From an uncultured delta proteobacterium (lineage in GTDB: Bacteria; Desulfobacterota; Binatia; UBA9968): a DNA stretch of 64,000 nt. The notes beneath the pieces are model-generated. The model did not search any database. It had not been told where the DNA came from and saw only the letters and a program-made list of their open reading frames with translations. Every line of letters begins with the position of its first letter. Within the stretch, counting starts at the first letter, position 1. Where the stretch lies: assembly GCA_963728565.1 (NCBI GenBank), contig CAVSLC010000013.1, positions 160,001 through 224,000 on the forward strand, written 5' to 3'. A program made the translations under genes and the position numbers. Below are positions 8,859 to 18,794 of the stretch, piece after piece.

Positions 8859-10261
8859 GGCGCGATGGCTTCAATGAGGTTGTAAAGTTGGCCGATGTTG
8901 CGGCACTCCTCCGCAACCTTACAGTAAGGAGCGTAACGTGGCATTTCGCTGTCGCCCACTCCCCAGGTCATCCTACTTTCAGGATTGAGCCAAATCAGTT
9001 GCTTGGCCTTTTGCTGGATTTCTCGCAACACCCATTCGGCCGGACGATTATAATTGTTTCGGCCATCGCCGATGATCAAAACCGTGGTCTTATTGGTGAC
9101 GGCCGAAAAATATTCTTTGTAGAACAGCTCAAAGGCACGGCCGAAGTTGGAGTGCGAGTAAACATCGATGACATTTCCCGTGAGAGCCATTTCGATGGCC
9201 TTATGGATATCGTGTTCTTCGAAGAGCTGAGTCACCTCTCCAATATCGCTGACGAAAACAAAACTTCGCACCTTTGAATAGAGATCCTGAATAGAATAAA
9301 CAAATTGCAGCATAAAGCGTGACGCATTCAAGACAGAATCCGAAATGTCGCACAAGACCACGACCTGAGGCTTGGTTTTCGTTCGGCGGTCCAATTGGAT
9401 ATGGAAAGGCACTCCACCGAACTGAAGATTTTTGCGCAGCGTTTCGTTTAAGTCGAATCGCCCGCGAGCAGCATTCTTACGCCGGACAGAGAGCCTATTC
9501 TTAAATCGCTGAGCCAGTCGTGTAACCGCCTCGTTCATCCGTTGAATGTCGTCTTCGCTATAGAAGCTGAAGCTCTTCTCCGCCAGTGTCACCAATCGAC
9601 TTCGATCCGAACCGTCCATTCCGCGCTTTCGCTGTTCCTGCTGGATGATCTCGCGGAGCATTCCGTACAAGTTCTTGAGGCGCTGATCAAGGTAGCGAAT
9701 AACCAATTCCGAGCTTTCGCCGCTTTGCGCCAGCATCTGTAAATGGCTCTTAAGCCGTTCGATTTCATCCTGAAGCTTGTCGAGCTCAAGGTTGGATGCG
9801 ATCTTAGTAAACGGTGTGAAGCGAAAACTCTGATTGAACCCTCGTTCCGCTTCGGCGGCAGCTGCCTGCCGCAACAAGCGCTCCAGCTCTCCCTTGTTGC
9901 CGCTAAGCAGAGCCCGGGTGAGATCGGACAGCTCCCCTTCCATTTGCTTGAGGAATCTATCGATGCGATCGAGCAGCTCTTGAAACTCCTGAGGTGACAA
10001 ACCGAGCTGCTCCATCAACTGTTGGTCCGCTTGATTAAGGGATCGACCGATACCCAAAAAGAACAAGTCAAATAGTTCATCAAACGGCCGTAAATCAATC
10101 GCGCGTTTTACCAGCGTGGTTCGGAGGGCGGCGCGAAACTGTGACGGATCTTCAATGCCCAGCAAATCGATGGCGCGAAATGCGTCGATATTCTCCGACA
10201 ACGACACGCGCACGCCATTGCGCCTGAGGACGTTGGTAAATTCGATGATCTGGTCCTGCAT
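8855..10261 (-). CDS. VWA (CoxE-like) domain protein
   Basis: MIDAS motif CDISDSV, IIGDGRNNY, WLNPE; follows a MoxR ATPase. Confidence 0.88.
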   Translation of the reverse strand: MQDQIIEFTNVLRRNGVRVSLSENIDAFRAIDLLGIEDPSQFRAALRTTLVKRAIDLRPFDELFDLFFLGIGRSLNQADQQLMEQLGLSPQEFQELLDRIDRFLKQMEGELSDLTRALLSGNKGELERLLRQAAAAEAERGFNQSFRFTPFTKIASNLELDKLQDEIERLKSHLQMLAQSGESSELVIRYLDQRLKNLYGMLREIIQQEQRKRGMDGSDRSRLVTLAEKSFSFYSEDDIQRMNEAVTRLAQRFKNRLSVRRKNAARGRFDLNETLRKNLQFGGVPFHIQLDRRTKTKPQVVVLCDISDSVLNASRFMLQFVYSIQDLYSKVRSFVFVSDIGEVTQLFEEHDIHKAIEMALTGNVIDVYSHSNFGRAFELFYKEYFSAVTNKTTVLIIGDGRNNYNRPAEWVLREIQQKAKQLIWLNPESRMTWGVGDSEMPRYAPYCKVAEECRNIGQLYNLIEAIAP

Positions 10262-10276
10262 TGAGAAACCTAGTAT

Positions 10277-11236
10277 CTAATGCAGATGATCCTTGTCATC
10301 TTGGGGCTTGACGCCCGGAATAGCGCGGCGCTCCGCCAAGTAGCTTTGTAATTCTTGCTGCGCCTTCCGAATATCGGCTTCATATTTTACGAGAGTCGAT
10401 AGCGTTGCGTTCACCAGTTCGTCATCCAGCGATCTAACGTTCAGTAAAGTTAGAGCTTTGACCCAGTCGAGAGTTTCGCTGATACTCGGGGTTTTTTTCA
10501 GGTCGAGCTTGCGAATACGTTGGATCAGCTGAATTACGTTCTGCGTCAATTTGTAATCGATTCCAGGAACTTTGAGGTTGACGATCTCGGCTTCGCGTTG
10601 GGCGTCGGGAAAGTCGATATGAAGATGCAGACAACGGCGTTTAAGAGCGTCGGACATCTCACGGCTGCTGTTACTGGTGAGCACGACCAGCGGAATGTGT
10701 TTGGCCTTCAGAGTGCCGATCTCGGGCACACTGATCTGGAAATCGCTCAAAACCTCGAGCAAGAATGCCTCAAATTCAGCGTCCGACTTATCCACTTCGT
10801 CGATCAGTAAAACGCTTCGTTTATCGGATAAAATCGCGCGCAGCAACGGACGTGGCAGCAAAAACCGATCAGAAAAGAAGACACCGTCCTGGCTGGCAAT
10901 GCGATCAACCGCCTGTTGCAAAGTTTTAGCTTCCTGCAAGACTTCGCCGATCTTGTCCTTGAGAATCTGGGTGTAGAGTAACTGCTTTGCGTATTCCCAT
11001 TCGTAGAGCGCTTTCGCTTCATCCAAGCCTTCGTAGCATTGCAATCGGATGAGCTCTAAACCCAATGAGCCCGCCAAAACTTTACCAAGCTCGGTCTTAC
11101 CGACACCGGCTGGACCTTCGACCAGAATCGGTTTCTGCAGGCAGATACCAAGATACACGACGGTGGCTAAATTCTTGTTACAGATATAGTTTTGAGCCCC
11201 AAAACCAGCGATGACCTGATCCACAGAATGAAACAT
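10277..11236 (-). CDS. MoxR-family AAA+ ATPase (CoxD-like)
   Basis: Walker A GPAGVGKT, RLQCYEGLD, Walker B LLIDEVDK, SDALKRRC. Confidence 0.92.
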   Translation of the reverse strand: MFHSVDQVIAGFGAQNYICNKNLATVVYLGICLQKPILVEGPAGVGKTELGKVLAGSLGLELIRLQCYEGLDEAKALYEWEYAKQLLYTQILKDKIGEVLQEAKTLQQAVDRIASQDGVFFSDRFLLPRPLLRAILSDKRSVLLIDEVDKSDAEFEAFLLEVLSDFQISVPEIGTLKAKHIPLVVLTSNSSREMSDALKRRCLHLHIDFPDAQREAEIVNLKVPGIDYKLTQNVIQLIQRIRKLDLKKTPSISETLDWVKALTLLNVRSLDDELVNATLSTLVKYEADIRKAQQELQSYLAERRAIPGVKPQDDKDHLH

Positions 11237-11341
11237 GAAGACCTCTCAATCCTGAGAACGCTAACACAAATGTAATATGACAACAAATCTCGCGGTTTGA
11301 AGTTTCGTGTTAGATTTCTTACCCTTCTGTGAATTACCACC

Positions 11342-12829
11342 ATGTGCACTTTAGCGCTCTATTTCAAAGTGTTTCCGGGGTACTCAGTGGTTGTCGCCGC
11401 CAACCGGGACGAGCACTATGACCGGCCGTCGGCACCGCCGTCGATCATCGGCGGATCACCAATGATCGTCGCCGGCCGCGATTTGCGGGCCGGCGGCACC
11501 TGGCTAGGAATCAATGAATATGGGTTGCTCGTCGGCATTCTCAACCGCCGGCAGCAGCCGGGTCCGGTTGTACCCGCTGCATATCGGTCGCGCGGTTTGT
11601 TGTGTCTCGAGCTTCTTCGTCTCAGACAAGTCGCTGAGCTCGATCAAGTTTTTCTAGATCTGGCACCAGGCGATTATCAGCCCTTCACAGTAGTCTGTGC
11701 CGATACGAATCGCGCGTGCGTTGCTTACAACACCAATAAAACTATTGAGCGGATCGAGCTTTCTGATGGGCTTCACGTTTTCAGCAACAGCTTCGAATTT
11801 GGTGCTCCCTCTGAAAAAGTTGATCGGGTCTACCAGCTTTTTCTCAAGCTGTCGGAAGACTATGATCGCCAATTTAGCGCTGGAGCTTATCTCCATGGTG
11901 CAGCTAACGCGCTCGGCGACCATGCCCTTAGCGATAACTTAAATGACCCCAGGGATGCCGTTTGTGTTCACGGCGATATCTCCGGGACTGTTTCTTCCAG
12001 CATCATCCTTTTTTCGGATGCCGAGCGGCAGTTCCAAATGCATTACTGCGCCGGCGCCCCTTGTCAAAATCGTTTCAAGCCTATACTCGACTGTGGACGT
12101 GCGGTGATCGAAACAGCTCAAGCAAAACAGGCTGGAACGGTGATCCTATTGCGGCCCGGACAGTCCGGAGGGATGGAAGTGCTGTTGACACGCCGACCTG
12201 ACCAGATGGCCTTTCTTGGCGGGATGTACTGCTTTCCCGGCGGCACGCTACAAAAGGAGGACTTCTCCAACCGAATCCTCCGCCGCTGTCACGGCCTCTC
12301 TCCCGCCGCCGCCCGCAAGATCATCGGTGCTCACTTCAGTCCGCGAGAAGCGCTGGGGCTATGGATCGCGGCGATCCGAGAATTATTCGAAGAGATCGGA
12401 GTTTTGCTTGCTATTAAGGCAGATGGGACAATTGCGGTGATGGATCACGACCTGAGCCGCTCGCTTGTGGAAAACCACAGGGCTCTGCTCAGCCGACGCT
12501 TGAGCTTCGTCGCCTTGCTTGAAGCCGGGAACTTGCGCTGTGATACAACCCAATTAGCCTATTTTTCACACTGGCGGACGCCGTCACAGTTTCAGATGCG
12601 TTTCGACACGCGATTTTTCCTCGCCGCCGTGCCAGCGGAACATTCGCCTCTGGCGTCTTCGCCTGAAGTTGCCGATAGTCTTTGGCTTACCCCCGATGCC
12701 GCTCTACAACGATTTAGCCAAGGCACTTTGCCGATGATCTTTCCGACATTTGCCTCGTTACGAACCCTAGCGGATTTCGATTCTTTGGAGAGCCTGTTTG
12801 CAGAATTCACGCGGGCAAAGAGTGGCTAA
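11342..12829 (+). CDS. NRDE/TANGO2-family protein joined in frame to a NUDIX hydrolase (possibly two genes)
   Basis: MCTL...AANRDE...GGTWLG (NRDE); second half FPGG...AAIRELFEE.G and RFDTRFF (Nudix); possible GTGA stop/start overlap at 12104-12107. Confidence 0.75.
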   Translation: MCTLALYFKVFPGYSVVVAANRDEHYDRPSAPPSIIGGSPMIVAGRDLRAGGTWLGINEYGLLVGILNRRQQPGPVVPAAYRSRGLLCLELLRLRQVAELDQVFLDLAPGDYQPFTVVCADTNRACVAYNTNKTIERIELSDGLHVFSNSFEFGAPSEKVDRVYQLFLKLSEDYDRQFSAGAYLHGAANALGDHALSDNLNDPRDAVCVHGDISGTVSSSIILFSDAERQFQMHYCAGAPCQNRFKPILDCGRAVIETAQAKQAGTVILLRPGQSGGMEVLLTRRPDQMAFLGGMYCFPGGTLQKEDFSNRILRRCHGLSPAAARKIIGAHFSPREALGLWIAAIRELFEEIGVLLAIKADGTIAVMDHDLSRSLVENHRALLSRRLSFVALLEAGNLRCDTTQLAYFSHWRTPSQFQMRFDTRFFLAAVPAEHSPLASSPEVADSLWLTPDAALQRFSQGTLPMIFPTFASLRTLADFDSLESLFAEFTRAKSG

Positions 12830-12880
12830 GCGTCGTGCTCATCAGCCAGCCTCACAGGAACTTTCGCATCGTGATAGACA

Positions 12881-14029
12881 TTATTTGTCGCCAAGCCGTT
12901 CGCGAGCGTGTAGAACGCGCTCCACGGCTACATCTGCACTGGACGCTAAAGCAGTTAAATGGCCCATCTTTCTGCCGGGACGAACTTGGTCCTTGCCATA
13001 CAAATGCAATTTGACATCCGGACAACCCGCCGCGGCGGCCCAATTGGGCTCTCCGTCTCGCCAGAGATCACCCAAGAGATTTGCCATCGCCGACGCCGCT
13101 AGAAAATCCGTCGCTCCTAGAGGCAAGCCGCACACCGCGCGCAGCTGCTGCTCAAATTGGCTGGTCAGAGCCGCGTTGATGGTTAAATGCCCTGAGTTGT
13201 GCGGGCGTGGCGCAAGCTCGTTAATGAAAATTCTTTGATCGCGACGAAGAAAGAATTCGATGCAGAGGACCCCTACCACATCGAGTGCCTCGAGCAGGCT
13301 TCTGGCAATTTCCACAGCCTCAACGCTTGTCGCTTGAGGCACACGTGCCGGTGCAAATGATAAATCCAAAATATGATTCCGGTGGGTGTTCTCGATCAGC
13401 CCCCAGTGTGAAAAAGTGCCGTCATGACCGCGGGCGGCGACAATCGAAAATTCCAATTCAAAATCTACGAAGGCCTCCAGGATCTTTTCCTGACTGCCGG
13501 TTGCGGCGTAAGCCGCTTCGGCATCGGTTGGGCTCGTTAGTCTTACCTGTCCCTTGCCGTCGTATCCGGACACTGCGGTTTTCAAAATCGCCGGACAGCC
13601 GATTTGCTCGAGAGCCGAGCGCAGCTCATCGAGCGATTTCACCGGCCTGAAAGGAGCGACCGGGAAGCCGTTTCGTTCCAGAAAAGATTTCTCGCGCACG
13701 CGATGCTGTGCAATGTTCAGTACTGAGCCCGATGGTCGTACCGGAGCGAAAAGCGCCGCAGCCTCGACCGCAAGCGCAGGAACGTTCTCAAACTCGAATG
13801 TCAGCACGTGAACGTTTTTAGCAAAGTCTCTGATGGCATCGAGATCGTGATAAGGCGCGGTGATTTCAACGTCGGCAACCTGACCGGTGGGAGTATCCGT
13901 TTCCGGAGAAAACGTGTGCACCCGGTAGCCCATCTGCCGCGCGGCGATGGCAAACATCCGGCCCAATTGACCGCTACCGAGGACGCCGACGACGGCGCCC
14001 GGCAGGATCGGCGCCAATGAATCTCTCAC
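12881..14029 (-). CDS. purK: N5-CAIR synthase
   Basis: [39 protein letters not shown]. Confidence 0.97.
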   Translation of the reverse strand: MRDSLAPILPGAVVGVLGSGQLGRMFAIAARQMGYRVHTFSPETDTPTGQVADVEITAPYHDLDAIRDFAKNVHVLTFEFENVPALAVEAAALFAPVRPSGSVLNIAQHRVREKSFLERNGFPVAPFRPVKSLDELRSALEQIGCPAILKTAVSGYDGKGQVRLTSPTDAEAAYAATGSQEKILEAFVDFELEFSIVAARGHDGTFSHWGLIENTHRNHILDLSFAPARVPQATSVEAVEIARSLLEALDVVGVLCIEFFLRRDQRIFINELAPRPHNSGHLTINAALTSQFEQQLRAVCGLPLGATDFLAASAMANLLGDLWRDGEPNWAAAAGCPDVKLHLYGKDQVRPGRKMGHLTALASSADVAVERVLHARERLGDK

Positions 14030-14520
14030 GGCAGTTTTTGCTGGCGAACGTTATCAGTTTGGTTTTTACGAAATTGCCGGAGTTTCTCGCGCAGCTCCGG
14101 ACGTGAGTTACCGAGAATAGCAAGCGCTAGTAAGGCCGCGTTTATGGCGCCGGCTTTGCCGATCGCCAATGTTCCCACTGGAATACCTCCCGGCATCTGC
14201 ACAATCGAAAGCAGTGAATCTATTCCTTTGAGGGCCGCGCTCTCCACCGGCACGCCGAGAACGGGAACGACGGTCTGCGCGGCGGCCATGCCCGGAAGGT
14301 GCGCGGCGCCGCCCGCGCCGGCGATAATTACGTCAATACCTCGTGCTTCAGCCGTGCCGGCGAATTCTGCGAGCCAAGCCGGAGTGCGGTGTGCCGATAC
14401 GATCAAGTTTTCGTGTGGCACAGCAAAATCTTTCAATGTCGAAGACGCATGCTGCATCGTCTCCCAATCGGACTGGCTGCCCATAATAATACTCACCAGC
14501 GGGTTGTTTGCCTCAGACAT
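14026..14520 (-). CDS. purE: N5-CAIR mutase
   Basis: [32 protein letters not shown]. Confidence 0.97.
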   Translation of the reverse strand: MSEANNPLVSIIMGSQSDWETMQHASSTLKDFAVPHENLIVSAHRTPAWLAEFAGTAEARGIDVIIAGAGGAAHLPGMAAAQTVVPVLGVPVESAALKGIDSLLSIVQMPGGIPVGTLAIGKAGAINAALLALAILGNSRPELREKLRQFRKNQTDNVRQQKLP

Positions 14521-14724
14521 TTAGTTTCTCCAGCACTGCGGCCGTTAGTTGGCCACTCTTGCATATGGTGAAATCCGTCGCAACCACGTACTAGGCTCGG
14601 ATCCGCCGCGAAATCGGGCGGTCTCGGATGATCAGCCTTTGCCGTTTCGCCAGTTTGGACATGTATTCAACCAGTGCAAGTTATATTGAAAGAATACGGA
14701 GCCGGGAGTGAGACCGCGCAGCTT

Positions 14725-15318
14725 TCAATACCCATCAAGAATTTCCCGCCGGCGTCGGCAGGTTAAAACATGATCGTTGACCATTCCGGTAGCTTGCATA
14801 TGCGCATAGCAGATGGTCGAGCCGACGAACTTGAAGCCGCGCTGCTTTAAATCCTTGCTAAGCGCATCAGACTCGCGGCTTGTCGCCGGATAGTCCTTCA
14901 GTGCTCGCAGCGTGTTCACGATTGGCTTACCGTCGACAAACCGCCAGACGTAGGAATCGAAAGTGCCGAACTCTTCCTGAACTGCCAGAAACCGTTTTGC
15001 GTTGGTGATCGCAGCCGCCAGTTTTTGTCGATTGCGTATGATGCCGTCATCCTGGATTAAGCGATCGAGCTGCCGTTTGCTATAGCGCGCGACCTTTTCA
15101 GGATCGAAATCGGCAAAGGCTCGTTTGTAGGCGGCGCGTTTTCTCAACACAGTGTACCAACTGAGGCCTGCCTGTGCTCCTTCAAGTATCAGGAACTCGA
15201 AGATAGTACGGTCGTCGTGTACCGGCACACCCCACTCACGGTCATGATAAGCGACGTAGTCCGCTTTTGTCAGATCGACCCAGGGACAACGGTCGGGCAA
15301 GGAATTCTTCATTGTCAT
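14725..15318 (-). CDS. tag: DNA-3-methyladenine glycosylase I
   Basis: RCPW, YHD.EWG, LEGAQAGLSW, GFKFVG, NDH...C. Confidence 0.95.
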   Translation of the reverse strand: MTMKNSLPDRCPWVDLTKADYVAYHDREWGVPVHDDRTIFEFLILEGAQAGLSWYTVLRKRAAYKRAFADFDPEKVARYSKRQLDRLIQDDGIIRNRQKLAAAITNAKRFLAVQEEFGTFDSYVWRFVDGKPIVNTLRALKDYPATSRESDALSKDLKQRGFKFVGSTICYAHMQATGMVNDHVLTCRRRREILDGY

Positions 15319-15358
15319 TTTCTCTAGGAAAGTAAGCCTGAGATCCTAAGAATGCTTA

Positions 15359-15895
15359 TCAGGATTTCGGAAAGCGCCGATAGAGAGCCAACACCCACAA
15401 TCCTAGAGCCAACACAAAACCCAAGACTATCGCGATAAACCAGGACTGCGGCAATGCGGCGGGCTCGGCTCGATTCGCAACCAGCACCACATAGTGTAGC
15501 CCGGTCATGAGTACGATGACCAGACGGCCGAGCCGGTGGCCATGTGCAGCGAGGAAATCCAGAGAATCATTCAAGCGCGGCGGTGCCAGCCAATAGTCAC
15601 GGTTCGGTAGATTGATCAAATGAGAGAATTTCTTCGAGAGAATGCTGATACCGCCGCTGAGAGCGCTCGGAATGCTAATAAGAAGAGTCAAAATCATCAA
15701 CAAATAAGCATTGCGCGTCATCCAACCGTCGGGCTGATTGTCAATGTTAAAATGTGTGGCGACGCGACTGGGAAGATAATATGAGGTGTAAATCACAAAA
15801 GTAACCGAAAACACCATCAGGCAAATCAAACTCACTAAAGAGCGCGCCCGCTGGCTACTATGAACTTGGATCTGTTTATTGGAATTAAGCATCAA
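15359..15895 (-). CDS. DUF1648-type membrane protein
   Basis: LPSRVATHF...QPDGW motif, four TM helices, INLPNRDYW. Confidence 0.75.
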   Translation of the reverse strand: MMLNSNKQIQVHSSQRARSLVSLICLMVFSVTFVIYTSYYLPSRVATHFNIDNQPDGWMTRNAYLLMILTLLISIPSALSGGISILSKKFSHLINLPNRDYWLAPPRLNDSLDFLAAHGHRLGRLVIVLMTGLHYVVLVANRAEPAALPQSWFIAIVLGFVLALGLWVLALYRRFPKS

Positions 15896-16127
15896 GCGTT
15901 CTTGTCAGAACGATCGGGAAGCTACGCGTTGGCACGGATGATTTTAACAGTACCGCTGGCACAAACGATCGACAAACTCGCGTTTAGCTCCGCGCTCGGT
16001 ATCAATGACCCCTGGCGCTTCACTGAGAACAACCGGCCAATTAGGGTGAGCTTTGAATAAACCTTTGGCATAACAGCGCTGTCTGGTATCATGTCACGAC
16101 TTTTTTCTCTTCCGAATGAGGTGATCT

Positions 16128-16709
16128 TTGAACCCGACTCTGTGCCGCTACTTTCGAGAGCTGAGACCGTTTCTATTCACGACCGTGCTGCTCTTCGCCT
16201 TGGGCAGTATCGCGGGCAGCCTGTTGGCTGGTCACGCGACTTTTGCCGGGCTTAAGATCAACGAATCGCTCGGCGGCTTCGCCCAAATGTTTATAAGTCT
16301 TCCTAAGCCGATCCTTGCTTTGATGATTTTTGCCAACAATGCTGTAAAAACTTTCTTAGTGATTGTGCTCGGGATTGCGTTTGCAATTGTTCCGCTGGTT
16401 TTTGTCCTTGTCAACGGCGTTGCCATCGGCGTCGTCCTGCATCTAGCCACGCAATCCAAGGGCGTCGCCTATTCGATACTCGCTATTGTCCCCCATGGTG
16501 TCTTTGAACTTCCGGGAGTCCTGTGCGGCGCCGCCATCGGTCTGATGTTGGGAAATAAAGCAATCAGGCGTTTATTTCGGAAATCTGAATTCAAGGTTGG
16601 TTCTGAACTAAGCCGCGCGTTGAAGATCTTTGCAACCACCATCGCCCCGCTCCTTCTGATCGGAGCGATCACGGAAGCTTATTTGACGGCCGCGCTTCTC
16701 GGAAAATAA
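16128..16709 (+). CDS. stage II sporulation protein M (SpoIIM/DUF95) family membrane protein
   Basis: IFANN, NG..IG, PHGVFEL, A.TEAY motifs. Confidence 0.82.
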   Translation: MNPTLCRYFRELRPFLFTTVLLFALGSIAGSLLAGHATFAGLKINESLGGFAQMFISLPKPILALMIFANNAVKTFLVIVLGIAFAIVPLVFVLVNGVAIGVVLHLATQSKGVAYSILAIVPHGVFELPGVLCGAAIGLMLGNKAIRRLFRKSEFKVGSELSRALKIFATTIAPLLLIGAITEAYLTAALLGK

Positions 16710-16747
16710 CGCAACAGTGTATGATGCGGTTGTCATATTCGTGAGCA

Positions 16748-17542
16748 TCAAACAATCAGACGACTGCCAATCGCGAAAGCATCGCAGAAGCGCTCCAGGC
16801 CATGAACTCCGCCGTTCACCAGCCTTCGCGCCGATCTGAGATCATTGTCAAGCAGAGCCTCCTTGATTGCACGTTCCTTAGCCTTCAAGAAACTGGCAAG
16901 TAGTCTCCCCGCTATATCACGATCGTTGGCCAGTTCCGGGGTTTGAACCAGGCGATCGCCTAATCCGATAGCTCTGCCATGAACTTCGTAGTTACGTCGA
17001 CCGGTCAGCTGAATGAAGCCGCGGCCCTTGTAGCGGTCCCCATCTCCGCGCTGATGATTGCCCAGATCCGTTCTGAAGTCATACAGGTCATAAGGATGGC
17101 CGCCGGGAGAAGTGTTGTATTTTGATTTTTCCTCACAAATAGGCTCAAAACATTCCGCTTCCGCGCGAATAGTCGCCAGCGCCATCAGCACCAACGGCTT
17201 ATCGCCAACTCCTTCCGTACGCAAAGCATCGAGCACGTAGGGTAGATTCAAACGGATGTTATCGACCGGAGTAAAAGGAAAGATTTTTGATACCAACGTC
17301 ACAGTCGCGGCCGGCAGCGCTGACGGCAACGCATCACTCTTAGCCAATTTCAAAGCCGTCAGCGTGCGCGGGCCGGCAATGCCGTCGGCCAAGAGCCCGC
17401 GGCTTCTCTGAAACGCGATGACCGCCGCTTTGGTCGCCGGGCCGAAGTCACCATCGATTCTGCCCGGATTGAAGCCGTGTTTCTTCAACTGTTTTTGCAG
17501 TCTGATGACGGCTGGGCCCTTGGAATCTTCTTTTAGAACCAT
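16748..17542 (-). CDS. peptidoglycan-binding domain plus GH19 chitinase/lysozyme-like hydrolase
   Basis: DGDFGPAT..AV.AFQ...GL.ADGIAGP PG-binding domain; LGN...GDG.RYKGRGFIQLTGR.NY and VNGG..GL GH19 motifs. Confidence 0.85.
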   Translation of the reverse strand: MVLKEDSKGPAVIRLQKQLKKHGFNPGRIDGDFGPATKAAVIAFQRSRGLLADGIAGPRTLTALKLAKSDALPSALPAATVTLVSKIFPFTPVDNIRLNLPYVLDALRTEGVGDKPLVLMALATIRAEAECFEPICEEKSKYNTSPGGHPYDLYDFRTDLGNHQRGDGDRYKGRGFIQLTGRRNYEVHGRAIGLGDRLVQTPELANDRDIAGRLLASFLKAKERAIKEALLDNDLRSARRLVNGGVHGLERFCDAFAIGSRLIV

Positions 17543-17611
17543 CGTTGCCTCACCTACCCGCCGGCGGGACCTCATGCGTTCGACCTTGATCCGACTTCGC
17601 GCCGCCGCGGG

Positions 17612-18034
17612 TTAAAAGGTCTTGAGCGAATGATTTTGCGCCAACGTCGCGGCAAGAATGGCAATCCGCGCGGAGGAATAACCAGCCGCGTCTACAAGAT
17701 TGCCCCAGACTGGCGCCGGCCAACACGGATCAGTGGCGCGCCTGCCCACCACATGCAGATGAAGTTGCGGCACGACGTTGCCGATAGCGGCAAAGTTGAT
17801 TTTACTGACGGCAAACTCAGTCTTTAGAAAACGCGCAACGAGTGCTGCTTCGTCCATCGCCATATTCCTCACCTGGCCGGGTAAGTCGAGCAAATCACCT
17901 GTTAACGCGGTTTCGGGAACCAGGATTAACCATGGCACCGCTGCATTCTTGTGCAGCAGAACATGACATAGCCGAAGTTGGCCCAGTCGATGGCAATCGT
18001 GGAGCAATTGGGGGTGAATTTCGAAACGCGACAT
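17612..18034 (-). CDS. HIT family protein
   Basis: PWLILVP, KIN.AAIGNVVPQLHLHV. Confidence 0.88.
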   Translation of the reverse strand: MSRFEIHPQLLHDCHRLGQLRLCHVLLHKNAAVPWLILVPETALTGDLLDLPGQVRNMAMDEAALVARFLKTEFAVSKINFAAIGNVVPQLHLHVVGRRATDPCWPAPVWGNLVDAAGYSSARIAILAATLAQNHSLKTF

Positions 18035-18087
18035 GTGACTGCCGAAATTATATCAGTTCCGTGGGACTGTCCCGGCGCCGCAACTCA

Positions 18088-18699
18088 TCAAGTTTGTCTG
18101 GCCATGGTTTTAAAATCAATATCGGTTGAAGCCCGTGTATCGGCTTTTAAAACTTTCGCCATATACGCAAGCGCGTGTTGATTATCCGCCTCGGTTTCAG
18201 AAGCTATACAGTCCTGGGGAACCAGCAGATTAAAATCGCGCATGTAAGCATCGCTGGCAGTGAAAAGCACGCAAATGTTTCCGGCGATGCCGGTCAATAT
18301 CAATGTGTTGGCCTTAAGATAGCGCAACAGCAGGTCAAGACTGGTTGAGTAGAATGCCGAATGCTTGGGCTTCAAAACAAAATAGTCTCGCTCGTCCGGC
18401 CTCAGTAATCGCGCAATCGGCGTTCCCTTAACATTATCCTCTAGACAATGGTCGACAAGCTTTCTGAAATCAGACTGCCACTTGCCAAAGTTGTCATTGA
18501 CATAGATTACTGGGATTCCGGCTGCTTTCGCGTTCTTCTTTAGTTGGGCAATTGTCTGAGCAATGGCGAGAGTGTTCTTAAACATCGGATCTGCGCCAGC
18601 GAACTCAAAATCGTTGATTAAGTCGATCAGTATCAATACTACAGAGGAATCGTCCGGAACGTTGCCGTGCAAATCTTGATTATTAGTTGGGCTTACCAC
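18088..18699 (-). CDS. isochorismatase-family cysteine hydrolase
   Basis: LIDLIND, KPKHSAFY, GIAGNICVLFTA; GTG start after GGAGGA. Confidence 0.88.
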   Translation of the reverse strand: MVSPTNNQDLHGNVPDDSSVVLILIDLINDFEFAGADPMFKNTLAIAQTIAQLKKNAKAAGIPVIYVNDNFGKWQSDFRKLVDHCLEDNVKGTPIARLLRPDERDYFVLKPKHSAFYSTSLDLLLRYLKANTLILTGIAGNICVLFTASDAYMRDFNLLVPQDCIASETEADNQHALAYMAKVLKADTRASTDIDFKTMARQT

Positions 18700-18794
18700 A
18701 AGAATCCTCCGTCTGAGCGCCAGGGCTATTTGAGAGTAGCATATGAATAGGGATCTTTGGCACCCATGAATGCTCCCGCGGCATTTAAGGGTGA

